DNA of 64,000 bases from Eutreptiella sp. 'Long Island Sound 2002' (lineage: Eukaryota > Protista > Euglenida): the NCBI GenBank assembly GCA_964036045.1, contig OZ038378.1:80290001-80354000 (forward strand). Reading direction: 5' to 3'. Positions 12,330-25,222 of this stretch are shown here, piece after piece. Positions within the stretch are counted from its first letter, which is position 1, and the number at the start of each line of letters is the position of its first letter. The position numbers were made by a program, and so were the translations under genes. The notes below the pieces were generated by a model, which saw only the letters and a list, made by a program, of their open reading frames with translations, was not told the origin of the DNA and searched no databases.

Positions 12330-12950
12330 AGTCCCTCAAGGTTCTCGGTTCAAATAGTGGCCAAAGCGGCCATGTCTTTGTCGCCGCACGCAGCCATCCC
12401 AATGACCCACCAGCGGGCGGCTGTGCGGCCCCGTTTGCCGTGGTTGAGGAGCCCCATGGATTATGGGGGCCAACTCCCACCCGCACATGGGTAGGCATCC
12501 CGGCGCACATTAAACGTGAGGGGCCGGTTCCAATCAATGGTGACCACTAGTGGTGGCTGCGATTGAATGTAGCAGGCCCGTGAGTGCACGGGCCAAGTGC
12601 GGTCACTAGCGGGTGGGTCGTGCACATTCACGGGGAACCGCAACTCGAGCGGCTTAGTCTTTTCCTTCCACGTGTCCAAGAAGGCTTGCTCTGTTGGGAA
12701 GGGTCGCGGGAAGGTGTGGCCCGTAGCGGCCGTATAGTCCATTTCTCGCCGGGTCATGAACTCGGCGAGGTGGCGGAACCCCATCTTTGTGACATTGAGA
12801 TCCATGAGGAGCCCAATAAACTCGGTCGCTGGAAAAAGGAGGCTTATTGTTTTTGCGGCTCCACCTGCTTAGTACAAATAAGGGAGCGGTAGCCAGCGTC
12901 CGTGGCCTCTGACCATCAGGCAGGGTCAAGGGAGATGAATCACCCATTCA
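12330..12950 (-). pseudogene. N-terminal fragment of a Transib/CMC-like DDE transposase, broken off after the first catalytic Asp
   Basis: EFIGLLMDLNVTKMGFRHL...FPTEQAF...LTFNVRRDAYPCAGGSW (D 12497-12499)...GLLNHGKRGRTAARWWVIGMAACGDKD. The layout parallels IAVDGAL...SSWWLLGGSEK in the RAG1-like family. Confidence 0.5.
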
Positions 12951-13366
12951 CCAAGGAGTTCGGAGACCAAAGGGTCCCGCAAACCCTTGGCTCCACTCAA
13001 ACGCACAAGGTTCATGCTAAGCTCGAGAATAATGTCTCGAGGGAAAGACATAACAAGTGCTACACAAGAGAAAAGGGGGTCTAGAGTGGGGTCGGCGGTG
13101 GTCCCAAAGTAGAGGACTCAGGGTTGGACACCCAACCCTTAGGCAATCCAACATCTCTACAAACCCATTATGCAACATTCTACCGCAAAAAACCCCCTCA
13201 GGACCCTAGTATACGCATGCAATGAACGACGCAAATAGTTTAAAATCTAAAAAACGCTGGGTATTATCGTTTAACACGTTAAAATTTATCGGTTTAACAT
13301 TCAACACCTTTCAAAAATTAAAAATCAAAATCTAAAATATTGGATTTAACGTAGGTCTCTAGGGGA

Positions 13367-13850
13367 AACCCACATTGTTCCCACAATGCCACGAACCTCT
13401 TCGTGGTGGGATATCCCGGGGACTCGAACCATACGTTGAAGTCTCCTTCGATGAGCACACGCCTCAAGCCTCCCGTGCTCTTGGCCGCCGCGCACATGGC
13501 CACGTCAGCCAAGACAGTGCCTTAGACGCCCAAGAATCACCTCTACCGCTTGGACCGTGGACATTGATGACCGTGACCGTCCCACCTGCGCTCACCACAT
13601 CTATGGCCATGGCTTTGCCTGGCACGATGTCCACCACATCCTGAACTTCCTCCGCATCGAACACGTCCGCTCGAACAATCAACAGACCACCACGCACAGC
13701 GGCCGCTGGCGGCGCCTTGGGGTCGGCCCCCAAGAACGCATGATACCCATGGTGGCGCCATTCATTCTCCATGTGTGCCATTCCTTGGGGGTCGTGTAGG
13801 CCTGTCTGCTCGAATAGACCAAGGACGGCACCTTGGGCCTTTGAAACGCC
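13367..13850 (-). pseudogene. APE-type endonuclease domain of the LINE (continues at 8496 downward)
   Basis: GGLLIVR, VTVINVHGP and LIEGDFN motifs. Confidence 0.9.
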
Positions 13851-14740
13851 TGCTGCAACCGCCCTACTATCGAGAATGCCTGGGGCACGCCGTCACCTCG
13901 CATGGAGCGTCGGACTCTCCAGGACACAACACTCCTGACATCAGAGGCGGGATCCTGTTACTACATTGCTCCCGGGTCTGGATCATCGGCCCGGACGTGT
14001 CCACCAGGAGGCGGGGGGCGAACGTCACGGGCACCAGATAGCGATGCCATGCACCGTTGGCACGAGCGGACACTGAACCCTGACGCGCACCTGTCCAAGA
14101 GACCGCCGCCACACGCGCCATGCGCGACGGTGAGGAACCCCGCGCGGCACCCCTGTGGGCCGCACCTGGGTCGATGTCTTTTCCTCATGTGGAGGACACT
14201 CCCACGGACTCGCGAGCACCGCTCAACGTCGCTGACGAAGAGGCGTCCTACGCTCCCGTGGGTGGCACTCCAGAACATTGTGCAAGCGCCGACAAACGGG
14301 CTTTGGCCTGTGCGAAGGGCCCCGTCAGTCCGGGAGGCATGACGCCCGTGATCATCGCCTCCGCCTGCTCACGCTGAGCTGAGTCCGACCAATGGTCCCT
14401 CACCAGGTCGTCCAGCAGGTTCCTGGGGTTCAGGTGAAGGCGCTTCAAGTTGCGGCCGGCCCGCCATCAACACTGATCTACCCCCTCCACCTTGGACCAC
14501 GGGCAGACGTTCACGTCGCTCACCCCACGCTGCTCCGTGGCCAGATGCCCCCGGAAGTGCTTCAATACCACCCGGATGTTAGAGTAGCTACCATAAGGCA
14601 CACTAAGGCCCTTCTTGGAGGGGGGCTTCAGTGCCGCCGTCGGGACAGCCATCGCCACAGCAACCACAAGGGCAGTCGGCCGGACCCGTGGCACACTTGC
14701 CGGTGGTGGCAGGTGCATCATCCCCCCCACGGGAAAGCGG

Positions 14741-17700
14741 GCACATGGGCAAGAAGTTCATTGACCCCCTAGTGTGCTCATGCACAGTCACTATAAGTTG
14801 AATGAGGCCCCATTGCGCACACAGTGAGGGGCCAAGAATCACGCACGCCCAAGTGCGCTCACGCACAGTGGCCAAGAGTTCCATGAGGCGTTAGTGCGCT
14901 CTGGGCAAGGGGCAAGAAGTTAAACAAGGCCCTTGTGCGCTCATGCACATGGGCTAGGAGTTCAATGCGACCCTAGAGCGCTCACTTATACCGGCGAAGA
15001 TTTCCATGACGCCGCAATGAGCTTGTGCAAAGATGCCGGGATTTCCACGAGGCCCGATTGTACTCATGCACATGGGGCGGAAATTCAATGAGGCCCCAAA
15101 GCGCTCACGCACAAGGTCTAGAAGTTCAATGCGGCCCTAGTGCGCTCATGCGCAAGGGCAAGGCATTCAATGAGGCCCCAGTGCGCTCATGCACAGCGGC
15201 TAGGAATTGAAAGATGCCTCAGTGCGCTCACGCACAAGGACCAAAAGTTCAATGAGGCCCTTGTGCGCTCTTGCATAGCTGCGAGATTTCATTCATGCCC
15301 CGGTTCGCCCGCGCATAGTGGCCAAAAGCTCAATAAGCCCCAAGTGCGCTCACACATAGGGGCCAAGAATTCATGGAGGCCCTAGTGCGCTCACACGCAG
15401 GGACGACAAGTTGAATCACGCCCCAGTGTGCTCATGTACAGCCACTTTGAGTTAAATGGGGTCCTGCTGCGCTCACACACAGGGCCCAGAATCCATGGAC
15501 ACCCTCGTGCGCTCACACACAGGTGCGAGAAATTCAATGAGGCACTAGTACACTGACGCACAGGGGCCAAGAGGGTCGATGAGACTTGACTTCGGTCACG
15601 CACAGGGACCAAGAGTTCAATCATGCCCTAGTGGGCTCATGCATAGGGGCAAGAAGTTCAATGAGGCCCCAGTGCGCTCACGCACAGAGACTAGGAGTTG
15701 AATGAGGCTCTAGTGCGCTCAAGTCTTCGGGCCCTGTATTCATTGAGGGGGCAATGGACTCGTGCTATAGTGCGGGGATCGCCTTGAGGCCCCAATGTGC
15801 TCCTGTATAGGGGCCAAGCATTCATTCAGGCCCAAATAAGTTCAAAATCAGGGGCCCGGAGTCCCCCAATGCAATCATGCATGGGCATAGAAGTTGAATG
15901 AGGCCCCCAGTGCGCTCATCCAAAGGGGCTAAGCATTCAATGAGGCCCCAATGCGCTCCTGCATAGGGATCAGGATTTGCATGATGCGTTAGTCGCTCAC
16001 ACACAAGGGCTACAAGTTCAGTGAGGCCGTTGTGCGCTCATTTACTGGAGTAAGGATTTCATTGAGGCCCCAATGTGCGCAGGCACAGGGGCCAAAAGCG
16101 CAATCATGCCCTAGTGCGCTCACGCACAAGGATGAAGATTTCATGGACCTCCCAGTGAGCTCACGAACAGGGGCCAAGAGTTCCACGAGGCCCCGGTGCG
16201 CTTGCGCGCTGCGGCAAGAAGTTCAATAAGGCCCTAGTACGCTCATGCATAGGGGCCACACGTTCAATGAGGCCCCAATGCGCTCACACACAGGGACCAA
16301 GAGTTGAATGAGGCCCTAGTGCGCTCATCCGCAGGGCCAATAAGTGCAATGAGACCCCAGTGCACTCACGGTCACAGACTAGGAGTTGAATGGGGCCTCC
16401 CTGCACTCAAACATCGGGGCCAAAAGTTCGATGAGGCCGCAATGGGCTAGTGGAGACTGCCCGGGATGTCTCTTAGGCCCCACTACGCTCATGCACAGGG
16501 GCTAGAAGTTCATTGAAGCCCTAGTGGGCTCAAGTCCTCGGGCCATGTGTCCATTGAGGGGGCAATGGACTCGTGCTGCATTGCCGGGGTTGCCTTGAGG
16601 CCCCAGTGCGCTCATGCATGGGGGCCAAGCATTCACTCAGTCCCCAATGCGTTCACACCCAGGGGCCTCGAGTTCAATGACCCCCCAATGCAGTCATGCA
16701 TAGGGCGTAGAAGTTGAATGAGGCCCCACTGCACTCATTAGAAGGGGCCAGGCATTCAATGAGGCCCCAATGCGCTCATGCACAGGACCAAGATTTGCAT
16801 GATGCCTCAATGCGCTCACGCACAAAGGCTAGAAGTTCAATGAGGCACTTGTGCACCCATGTACGGGGGCAAGGATTTCGTTGAGGCCGCAATGCGCGCA
16901 CACATAGGGGCAAGAGTTCAATGAGGCCCTCGTGCGCTCATGCACAGGGGCAACAAGTTCAATGGGACCCCAGTGCACTCACGGAAAGCGGCTCGGAGTT
17001 CAATGGGGCCTCGGTGCGCTCAAGCATAAGGGTCAAGAGTTCAATGAGGCTGCAATGGGCTGGTCCAGAGTTGCTGGGATGTCCTTGAGGCCACACTGCG
17101 CTCATGCACAGTGTCCAAAAGTTCAATGAGGCCCTAGTGCGCTCACGCACATAGGCTATGAGTTCAATGAGGCCCTAGTGCGCTCACGTCTCGGGGCCAT
17201 GTGTCCAGTGAGGGCGCAATTGGCTCATGTTGTTGTGCCGGGATTACCTTGAGCCCGGTGCTCTCTTGCACAGTGGCCAAGCATTCAATGAGGCCCCAAT
17301 GCGGTCACACACACAGGCCCGAAGTTCAATCAGGCCCCAATGCGCTCATGCATAGGGCCTAGAAGCCTTACCAGGTCCCAGTGCGCTCATGCGTAGGGGC
17401 CAGGCAATCAATCAGGCCCCGATGCGCTCATGCACAGGGACCAAGATATGATTGACACCTCAGTGCGCTCACCCACAAGGGGCAGAAGTTCAATGAGGCC
17501 CTGGTGCGCTCATGCATAGAGGCGAGGATTTCATTGAGGCCCTTCGCGCCCACGCGCAGGGGCCAACAACTCAATCAGGGACTAGTGCGCTCACGCATAG
17601 GGGCTAGCAGTTCAAAGAGGTCCTAGTGCGCTCATGCACACGGGCAAGAAGTTCAATGAGGCCTCAGTGCTCTCGCGCAAAGGGGCTATGTTTTCAATGG

Positions 17701-20700
17701 GCCCTCAATGCGCTCGCGCATAGGGGCCAAGAGTTCAATGAGGCAGCAATGGGCTCGTGCAGAGTTGCCGGGACGTCCATGAGGCCCCTGTGCGCTCAGA
17801 CACAGGGGCAAGCAGTTCAATGACGCCCCAATGCGCTGCAAGCATAGGGCCTAGAAGTTCAATGAGGCCCCAGTGCGCTTATACGCAGGGGCCAAGCATG
17901 CAATGAGGCCCCAGTGCGCTCATGCAAAGAGGACGAGATTTGAATGATGCCTTAGTGCGCTCACACACAAGGGCTGGAAGTTGAATGGGGCCTTTGTGCG
18001 CTCATGCAGAGGGCCGAGGATTTCATTGGGGCCCCGGTTTGCCCACCCACAGGGGCCACGAGCTCAATGAGGCCCTATTTGTCTCACGCATAGGGGCCGA
18101 GAATGCGTGGACGCCCCAAGGCGTTCACGCACAGAGAGGCCATGAGGCCCGCGAGCAAGAAGTTCATTGACCCCCTAGTGCGCTCGTGCACAGGGGCAAG
18201 GAGTTCTAAGCAGCCCCACTGCGCTTACGCATAGGGACCAAGAGTTCAATGAGGCCCTAGTGCGCTCATGCACATGGGCAAGAAGTTGTATGAGGCGGCG
18301 ATGTGCTCGCGCACTGGGGCTAGGAGTTCAATGAGCCCCCAATGCGCTCCCGTATAGGGGCCAGGAGTTCAATGCTCATGCAAAGGGGCAACAATTTCAA
18401 TGAGGCCGTAGTGTGCTCACATACCAGGGCCAGAAGTTCAATGAGGTCCCATTGCACTCAAGCATAGGGGCCCCAATTTGTTCGCGCACAGAGGCGAGAA
18501 CTTCAATGAGGCCTCAGTTGGCTCACGCACTGGCGCCAGTACTTCCATTACGCCCTAGTTCGCTCATGCACCAGGGCAAGCAATTTCATGAGGGTCTTAG
18601 TGCGCTTATGCACACAGGGTAGGCTTTCAATGAGGCCCTAGGGCGCTCATGCAGAGGGGCCAAAAGTTCAATGAGGCCCCAATGCGCTCATGCTTAGGGG
18701 CTACAAGTTCAATGCGGCCCCAATGTGCTCATGCACACGGGACAAGCATTCAATGAGGCCTTGTTGCGCTCATGCACAGGGGCTAGGATTTGATGATGCC
18801 TCAGGGTGCTCTAGCCCAAGAGCTAGAAGTTCAATGAGGCCCTTGTGCGCTCATGTAGAGGGGCGAGAAATTCACTTAGGCCCCGGTGTGGTCACACACA
18901 GGGGCCAAAAGCTCCATGAGGCACTAGGGAGCTCACGCACAGTGGCCAAGAGTTCATGGATGCTGCAGTTGGCTCCCGCACCGACGCCACGATTCCCATC
19001 ACGCCTTAGTTTGCTCACACACAGGGGCCACGAGTGCAATGAGGCCTCAACACGCTCACGCACAGAGGCGACGAATTCAATGAAGCCCCAGTGCGCTCAT
19101 GCACACGTGCAACGCTTTCAATGCAGCCCCAATGCACTCACGCACAGGGGCCATGAGTTCAATGAGGGCCTAGTGCGATCACACAGAGGGGCCAAGATTT
19201 CATGCATGCCCCAATGCGTTCTAGCAAAGGGGCCAAAAGTTCAAGGAGGTCCCAATGCGCTCACCCACAGGGGCCTGGTGTTCCATGAGGCCCCGTTGCG
19301 CTCATGCATAGGGGCAAGAAGTTCAATGAGCTTACATTGTGCTCATGCACAAGGCCTATAAGTTCAATGGGGCTCCACTGTGCTCACGCACAGGGAGCAG
19401 GAGTTTGACAAGGCCTCAATGCAATCATGCACAAGGGCCATGAGTTCAATGAGACCCGAGTGCACTCATGCACAGAGGTGATAAGTTCAATGAGGCCCTA
19501 GTGCGCTCCCGCACAGGGGCAATAAGTTCAATGACGCACCATGGATGCCATGAGTTCATTGAGGCCCCAATGTGCTTGTGCACAGGGGCAAGAAGTTCAA
19601 TGACGCCCGAGTGTGCTCACGCACAGAGGCCAAGAATTTAATGAGGCCCCAAGGCGCTCATGCACAGGGGCCAAGAATTCCATGACGCCCCAATGCGCCG
19701 GCGCACAGGGGCCCGGAATCCCATGATGCCCCAGTGCGCTCACGCATAGGGGCCAGAATTTCAATGAAGCCCCAGTGTGCTCCCGCACAGGGACCAAGAG
19801 TTCAATGAGGCCCCGGTGCACTCATGCACACGGGCCACAAGCTCAATGGGGCCATAGTGTGCTCACGCACAGGGACCAAGAATTCATGGACGCCCCAGTG
19901 CGCTCACGCACAAGGGCTCGAAGTTCATTGAGTCCTCAATGTGCTCACGCCGAGGGGCCAAGACACCAATGAGGCCGCAATGCGCTCACACGCAGGGGCA
20001 ACTGAGGCCCAAGTGCGCTCATGCACAGGGACCAAGAATTCAATGGGCCCCCCGTTCGCTCACACACCGCGGCCACGAGTTCCATGTACACCCCAGTGCG
20101 CTCACCCCCAGGGGCCAGGTGTTCAATGGAGCCCCTTTGTGCTCATGCATAGGGGCTAGAAATTCAATATGGCCGCGGTGTGCTCATGTGCAGGGACCAA
20201 AAGTTCAATGAAGCCCCCCTGCGCTGACGCACCGGGGCCAGGTGTTCAATGGAGCCCCTTTGAGCTCATGCATAGGGACTACAAATTCAATGAGGCCCTG
20301 GTGTGCTCATGTGCAGGGACCAAAAGTTCCATGAAGCCCCCCTGCGCTCACGCACCGGGGCTAGGAGTTCCATGACACCCCAATGCGCTCATGCACACGG
20401 GCCATTAGTTCAATGAGGCCCCAATGTGTTCACACATAGGAGCAAGAAGCTCAATGAGGCCCCAATTCGCTCGCGCACCGGGGCTAGGAGTTCCATGACG
20501 CCCCAGTTCGCACATGCACAAGGGCTAGCCATTCAATGAGGCCCCAATGGTGTCATCCATAGGGCCGAGCAATTGAATGACGCCCTAGTGGTCTCACGCA
20601 TAGGGGCCAACAATTCATTGACGCCGCCCTACGCTCATGCATAGGGGCTGAGCATTGGATGAGGCCCCGTTCCGCGCCCGGGCTAGAAGTTCAATGAGGT

Positions 20701-22125
20701 CCCAATGCGCCCATGCGCACGGGCCAAGCATTCAATGCGCCCCTAGTACGCTAATGCACAAGGGCCAAAATTTGAATGATGCCTCAGTGCGCTCACACAC
20801 AAGGGCCAAAAGTTCTGCACTCATGCACAGGGGCGAGGAATTCCCCGGTGTGCTCACAAGCTCAATGAGGCCCTAGTGCGCTCACGCACAGGGGCCAAGA
20901 GTTCATGCACGCCCCAGTGCTCTCATGCACAGGGGCCGGAAGCTCAATGAGGCCCCAGTGCTCTCAAGCACAGGGACCAAGAATTCATGCACACCTCAGT
21001 GCGCTCACGCATAGGGGCCAGAAGCTCAGTGACGCCCCAGTGCTCTCACGCACAGGGACCAAGAATTCATGGATGCCCCATTGCGCTCACGCACAGGGGC
21101 CAAAAGTTCAATGAAGCCCCAATTCGCTCAAGCTTAGGGACCAGGAGTTCCATGAGGCCCCAATGCGCTCACACATAGGGGCAAAAATTTCAATGAGGCC
21201 CCAATGTTGTCACGTACACAGGGCCTACGAGTTCAATGATGCCCCGGTGTGCTCACGCACAGGGGCCATGAGGCCTCAGTGCGCTCACACATAGGGGCGA
21301 GGAGTTCAATGAGGCCCCAATGCGCTCGTGCACAGGTGCCAGCAGTTCAATGAGGCCCCAGTGCGCTCGCACACAGGGGCAAGAATTTCAACCAAGCCCC
21401 AGAACCCTCATGCACAGGGGCCATGAGTTCAATTAGGCCCCAGTCCGCTCACGCACAAGGGCCAGGAGTTAAATGAGGCCCCGATGCGCTCATGCACAGG
21501 GGCCAGGAGGTAAAAGAGGCCCCAATGTGCTCATGCACAGAGGCCATGAGTTCAATGAGGCCCTAGTGCGCTCACACACAGGGGCAAGAAGTTCAATGAG
21601 GCCGCAGTGCGCTCACGCACAGGCGCCAGGAGATCAATGATGACCAAATATGCTTACGCACAGAGGCCATGATTTCAATGAGGCCCCAGTGCCCTCACAT
21701 ACAGTGGCCAAGAATTCCATGACGCCCCACTGCGCTCATGCGCAGGGGGTTAGAAGTTCAATGAGGCCCCATTGCGCTCATGCACAGGGACCAGAAGTTC
21801 AACGAGGCCCCAGTGCGCTCACGCAGAGGGGCTAGGAGTTCAATGAGGCCCCAGTGCACTCCCGCACAGGGGCCAAGAGTTCCATGAGGCCCCTGTGCGC
21901 TCAGGCACAGGGGCCATGAGTTCAATTAGGCCCCAATGCGCTCACGCACGGGGCCCTGGAGTTCAATGAGGCCCCAGTGCGCTCATGCACAGGGGCCAGA
22001 AGTGTTAATGAGGCCCCAGGTCGCTCATTCGCAGCGGCCAGGATTTCAATGAGGCTCCACCGTGCTCATGCACAGGGGCCAGGACTTCAATGAAGCCCCA
22101 GTGCCCTCATGCACAGGGGCCAGAA
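14741..22125. repeat. Satellite A: ~7.4-kb tandem array of a 41-bp monomer
   Basis: Consensus GAGGCCCCAGTGCGCTCATGCACAGGGGCCAAGAGTTCAAT. 41-bp period counted at 21846-21886. Confidence 0.97.
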
Positions 22126-22551
22126 GCGCCACACTGCTTGAGGCCCGGCTGGGCCCGAACAGCACGATGGTGTGCGTGTTGCAGGAGCTACGCCTGCACC
22201 AGCAGGCGGTGCAGGAGGGAGTCCCGCGGGAGCTCCCATTTTTCCTTTCTATGTTACGTTATTCCATGTTTATAATTGCGACGTTCTAGTTACGCTGTAG
22301 CAATGCCGAAAATTTTCAGAGTTGCAGGTGGATTTGCGGGAGATAGGTATCATTATGTGCTGCACGCAGATCCACTGGGAACATTCCTGAAGTTGTCGGC
22401 AATGAGATTTTTTCAACCATCAAGTGCCAAATTTTCCAGAGGAGTAGCATTTGTTTCCTTTCACACAACCAATCCTTCTGGACCCTTTGCTCTCCTCCTA
22501 CTTCCCCACAACTTGTCACCATGCCACATGTCACACCATGTCCTTATCCAG

Positions 22552-22702
22552 AAACAAAGTCAAGGATATGTTTGATCACGGTTACAGCGGATACATGAGA
22601 CATGCTTTTCCCCACGATGAGTTGCAGCCGCTGACGTGTCAAGGGATGGAGACCTGGGGCTCTTATTCTCTAACCCTGATTGATGCCTTGGATACCCTTG
22701 TG
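22552..22702 (+). CDS. EDEM2: EDEM2-like GH47 alpha-1,2-mannosidase, internal exon
   Basis: [50 protein letters not shown]. Acceptor TCCAG ends at 22551; donor GTATGT starts at 22703. Confidence 0.92.
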
Positions 22703-23481
22703 GTATGTAGGTTGTGGAAATATGGTCAGATGCATTGGCTGCTCTCCTTCTAACCTCAACCTTAGCACAGGTCCCTTGCAACAATCTTGGGCTCGCTCAT
22801 GCGTTAGCTCTTTAGTGCTCAAAGCCCAACGCCAAGGTGTCTCTTAGCGGCATCACCTCTTCAGTACCCTGTTTGATGCACCGGTGAATCCAATTCCGGG
22901 ATCTTGTGGTGCCACAAAAGGCCAAGTGTAAAGAGGCACTGGTCCCCTCTAACAGAGTCGTTGGATTCAACACCCTGCTGCAGAAGCCCTGAGGTATTCC
23001 AAGAAATCAAGAAAAAATTTTCCTTGAGCGGCGCATCACAACGGCCCTTTCTCCCAAACCTCTGTCGGCTCTTTTCACTGGCCAAGGAATCACATGCTGC
23101 ATGTTTGCGGGCAGCATCTCTGCTGGGATTGAGGCATGTAAAACACTACCACCCCTCCTGAAACAAGCGATTTCTGAGCCAGGCATCGCATCCTGCCCAG
23201 TCAGTGCGGGTATTCGAACTGCTGGATAAGGCGCCACAACGTTCCACAGCATGCAAGGAATGGGCTCCCACCTTTGGCTCTTCCATCTCACAAGAATCCT
23301 TCCATACCAGAAGAGCAGCTCATCCTTGGTGTATTCCCCACGAGTGAGTCTGTCCATGTGGAAATCCAATTCGCTCAACATCTGGCGATTCACTCTCTCC
23401 CCTTGCACTCATTCCACCCTCGCTGCCCTCTCCCCTCGGCTGCTGAGGCCCATGTACTTCTTCCCCTACCTGTCCATGCAG

Positions 23482-23623
23482 GTGGTGGGAGAGGTGGAGG
23501 AATTTAACAAGCGAGCCAAATGGGTGTGGGAGAATATTCAATTCCAGAAGGATGTAAACGTGTCTGTGTTTGAGACCAACATCCGAGTATTGGGTGGCCT
23601 CCTCACAGCGCACCTGATTTATG
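23482..23623 (+). CDS. EDEM2: EDEM2-like GH47 mannosidase, next exon
   Basis: VVGEVEEFNKRAKWVWENIQFQKDVNVSVFETNIRVLGGLLTAHLIY. Acceptor TGCAG ends at 23481. The phase-0 join gives DTLVVVGE (cf. EDEM2 DTLLILGN). Likely donor GTTTGT at 23624. Confidence 0.9.
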
Positions 23624-25222
23624 GTTTGTTGCAGTGCATCTCATGCCTCCCTGAGCCCTGCACCTAGCCTTGCGTGCACGCAGATTCTCCCCTCCTAACC
23701 AGGACTGAATATTGGGACTGAGCTGGTGAGGTGGACTCAACCATTCCACACTGCAAAGCATGCACCAAACAGACAGCAAACCACGTAATTTGTCCATGCC
23801 CTGGTCTCTGTCTTTGTCTGTGCCAGTGTTTGTATCCCCACCCATGGGGATGGCTGCAATGTATGGCGCACCTAGAGTGTGTCAACGCTTGGGCCAAAAG
23901 GTTGAAAAGGGTTAACCCCCCCCCCCCACCTCACACACACACACACTTAAGATAACGAATGTTGTAAGTGGTGTGATTTCCCCTTCCTAAATGCAAGTCA
24001 GAAAAAAATCATACAGTCGTGTCAATTTCTTTTGCGGTAAACACGAGTACGAAAAACCCAAGTACTTGTGTACTTGCGTTTACTGCAAAAAAGAAATTCC
24101 ACGATAGTAAGATTTTTTTGTACTTGTGTTTGCCGCAAATACAAAACAATTACACGATGGTATTTTTTTTTGTACTTGGGGGGGTGCCCTTAGCGCAGTG
24201 CGGGCACAGTGCAACTATTTGGGCGTCTAGCCGTACTGGAGATCCATACTTTGTGATACTAGGGGCATCATTGTTGCCCTGAGCATAGGTTTTGATGCTT
24301 CTTCCACATGGGGGATATGGCATTTTTGGATTTTTACCCACTTTCACCCATTTTCACCCCTTTTCACATTTTTTCTTGCTCATCTTCACCATGGACTGCC
24401 ACACTTTGGTGTGGGCCCTTGAGTTGTGGTGGTGGACTCCCATGCTTTGGCGGGCCCCCGAGTTGATGTGACGGACTGCCCGGTTTTTGCCTGACCACAG
24501 TCGAATGCCCTATGCGAGGCCGCATCCCTGCTAATGAGGAAGCGTGGTTGCACCACAAGTTGAAAACAAAGGTTGATAAGGGATTCACGGTAGGGAATCA
24601 CCATATTTCCCATGCATGTGCATATCTGACTTCAGAATATTTTTATATTTGGGTCGTCAGTGCCCGCCCGCCCGCCCTATATGACGATTCCATACACTCA
24701 CGGACACTCACACAATACTAAACCCACAGCCCACCAGCGGCCAGTGATGGAGCACATGCCTGAGTTTGTGTTGTGCTTGTGAGACCAGAATCCAGGGAGC
24801 GAAATTGTGGATTCCCTCCTGTAAGAAACGTTGCTCCCCGGTCTAGTTGAGGATGGGGTGGGCACATACGTTGCTTTGGGACTAGCTGGTAGGGTGAGTG
24901 AGCTTTCAATTGAACAAAAAAGAGGACATGTGCGTGGCTTTCCGCATTTTGCATGATGTTTTATATACAGGGAAGGTGGCTTGCATTTGTCTTGAGCTAG
25001 GGTAGTTTCAGTGACTTAAATTCAGGGGCATTTGGGTAGCTAGGGTGGCCTAATTTTTAGGGTGTTTGGAAGGGGTCGGTATGGGGGTTCTTCACAGGGG
25101 AATCTAGTCTAAAAGTAGCGCGCAGTGCGCGCGCAGTGCATGGGTTCCCCCTGGGTTCACAGCAAAAAAAAATACGCACACACATTGAAAACAAAATTTG
25201 TGGCCGTTAGCCATTTCTGATT

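Larger units (their letters stand above)
8497..13364 (-). mobile_element. 4868-bp multi-gene DNA transposon with CCCTA termini and 2-bp TSD (CMC/Transib-like)
   Basis: Left end CCCTAGAGACCCAAATTAAATCTGATAT matches the reverse complement of the right end, CCCTAGAGACCTACGTTAAATCCAATAT. GA is duplicated at 8495-8496 and 13365-13366. The empty site restores the APE frame (EQCGF-LRAGH). Confidence 0.92.
2229..14740 (-). mobile_element. Degenerate non-LTR retrotransposon (APE endonuclease - RT - possible RNase H - CCHC), interrupted by a DNA transposon at 8497-13364
   Basis: APE, RT and CCHC motifs occur in order on the minus strand. Both flanks are satA and rejoin as GTGCTCAT|GCACATGGGC. Confidence 0.85.

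Noticed and set aside
14741-22125. SatA as a CRISPR-like array (palindromic repeats)
   Set aside because: Monomers are head-to-tail with no unique spacers, no cas genes are present, and the context is eukaryotic.
15025-22289. Many short ORFs with C..H-A-Q-G motifs resembling C2H2 fingers
   Set aside because: They are translations of the 41-bp monomer cycling through frames, with frequent stops.
22126-22551. Upstream EDEM exon or start (e.g. MPKIF...GDR with donor GTATCA, or VDLREI)
   Set aside because: A phase-compatible option lacks a signal peptide or EDEM similarity, and the better-looking option needs a non-preferred acceptor. Unresolved without transcripts.
22703-23481. Non-canonical intron or nested gene (ORFs 23007-23408, 23251-23667)
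   Set aside because: The boundaries are ordinary GT-AG and the intronic ORFs show no recognisable motifs.
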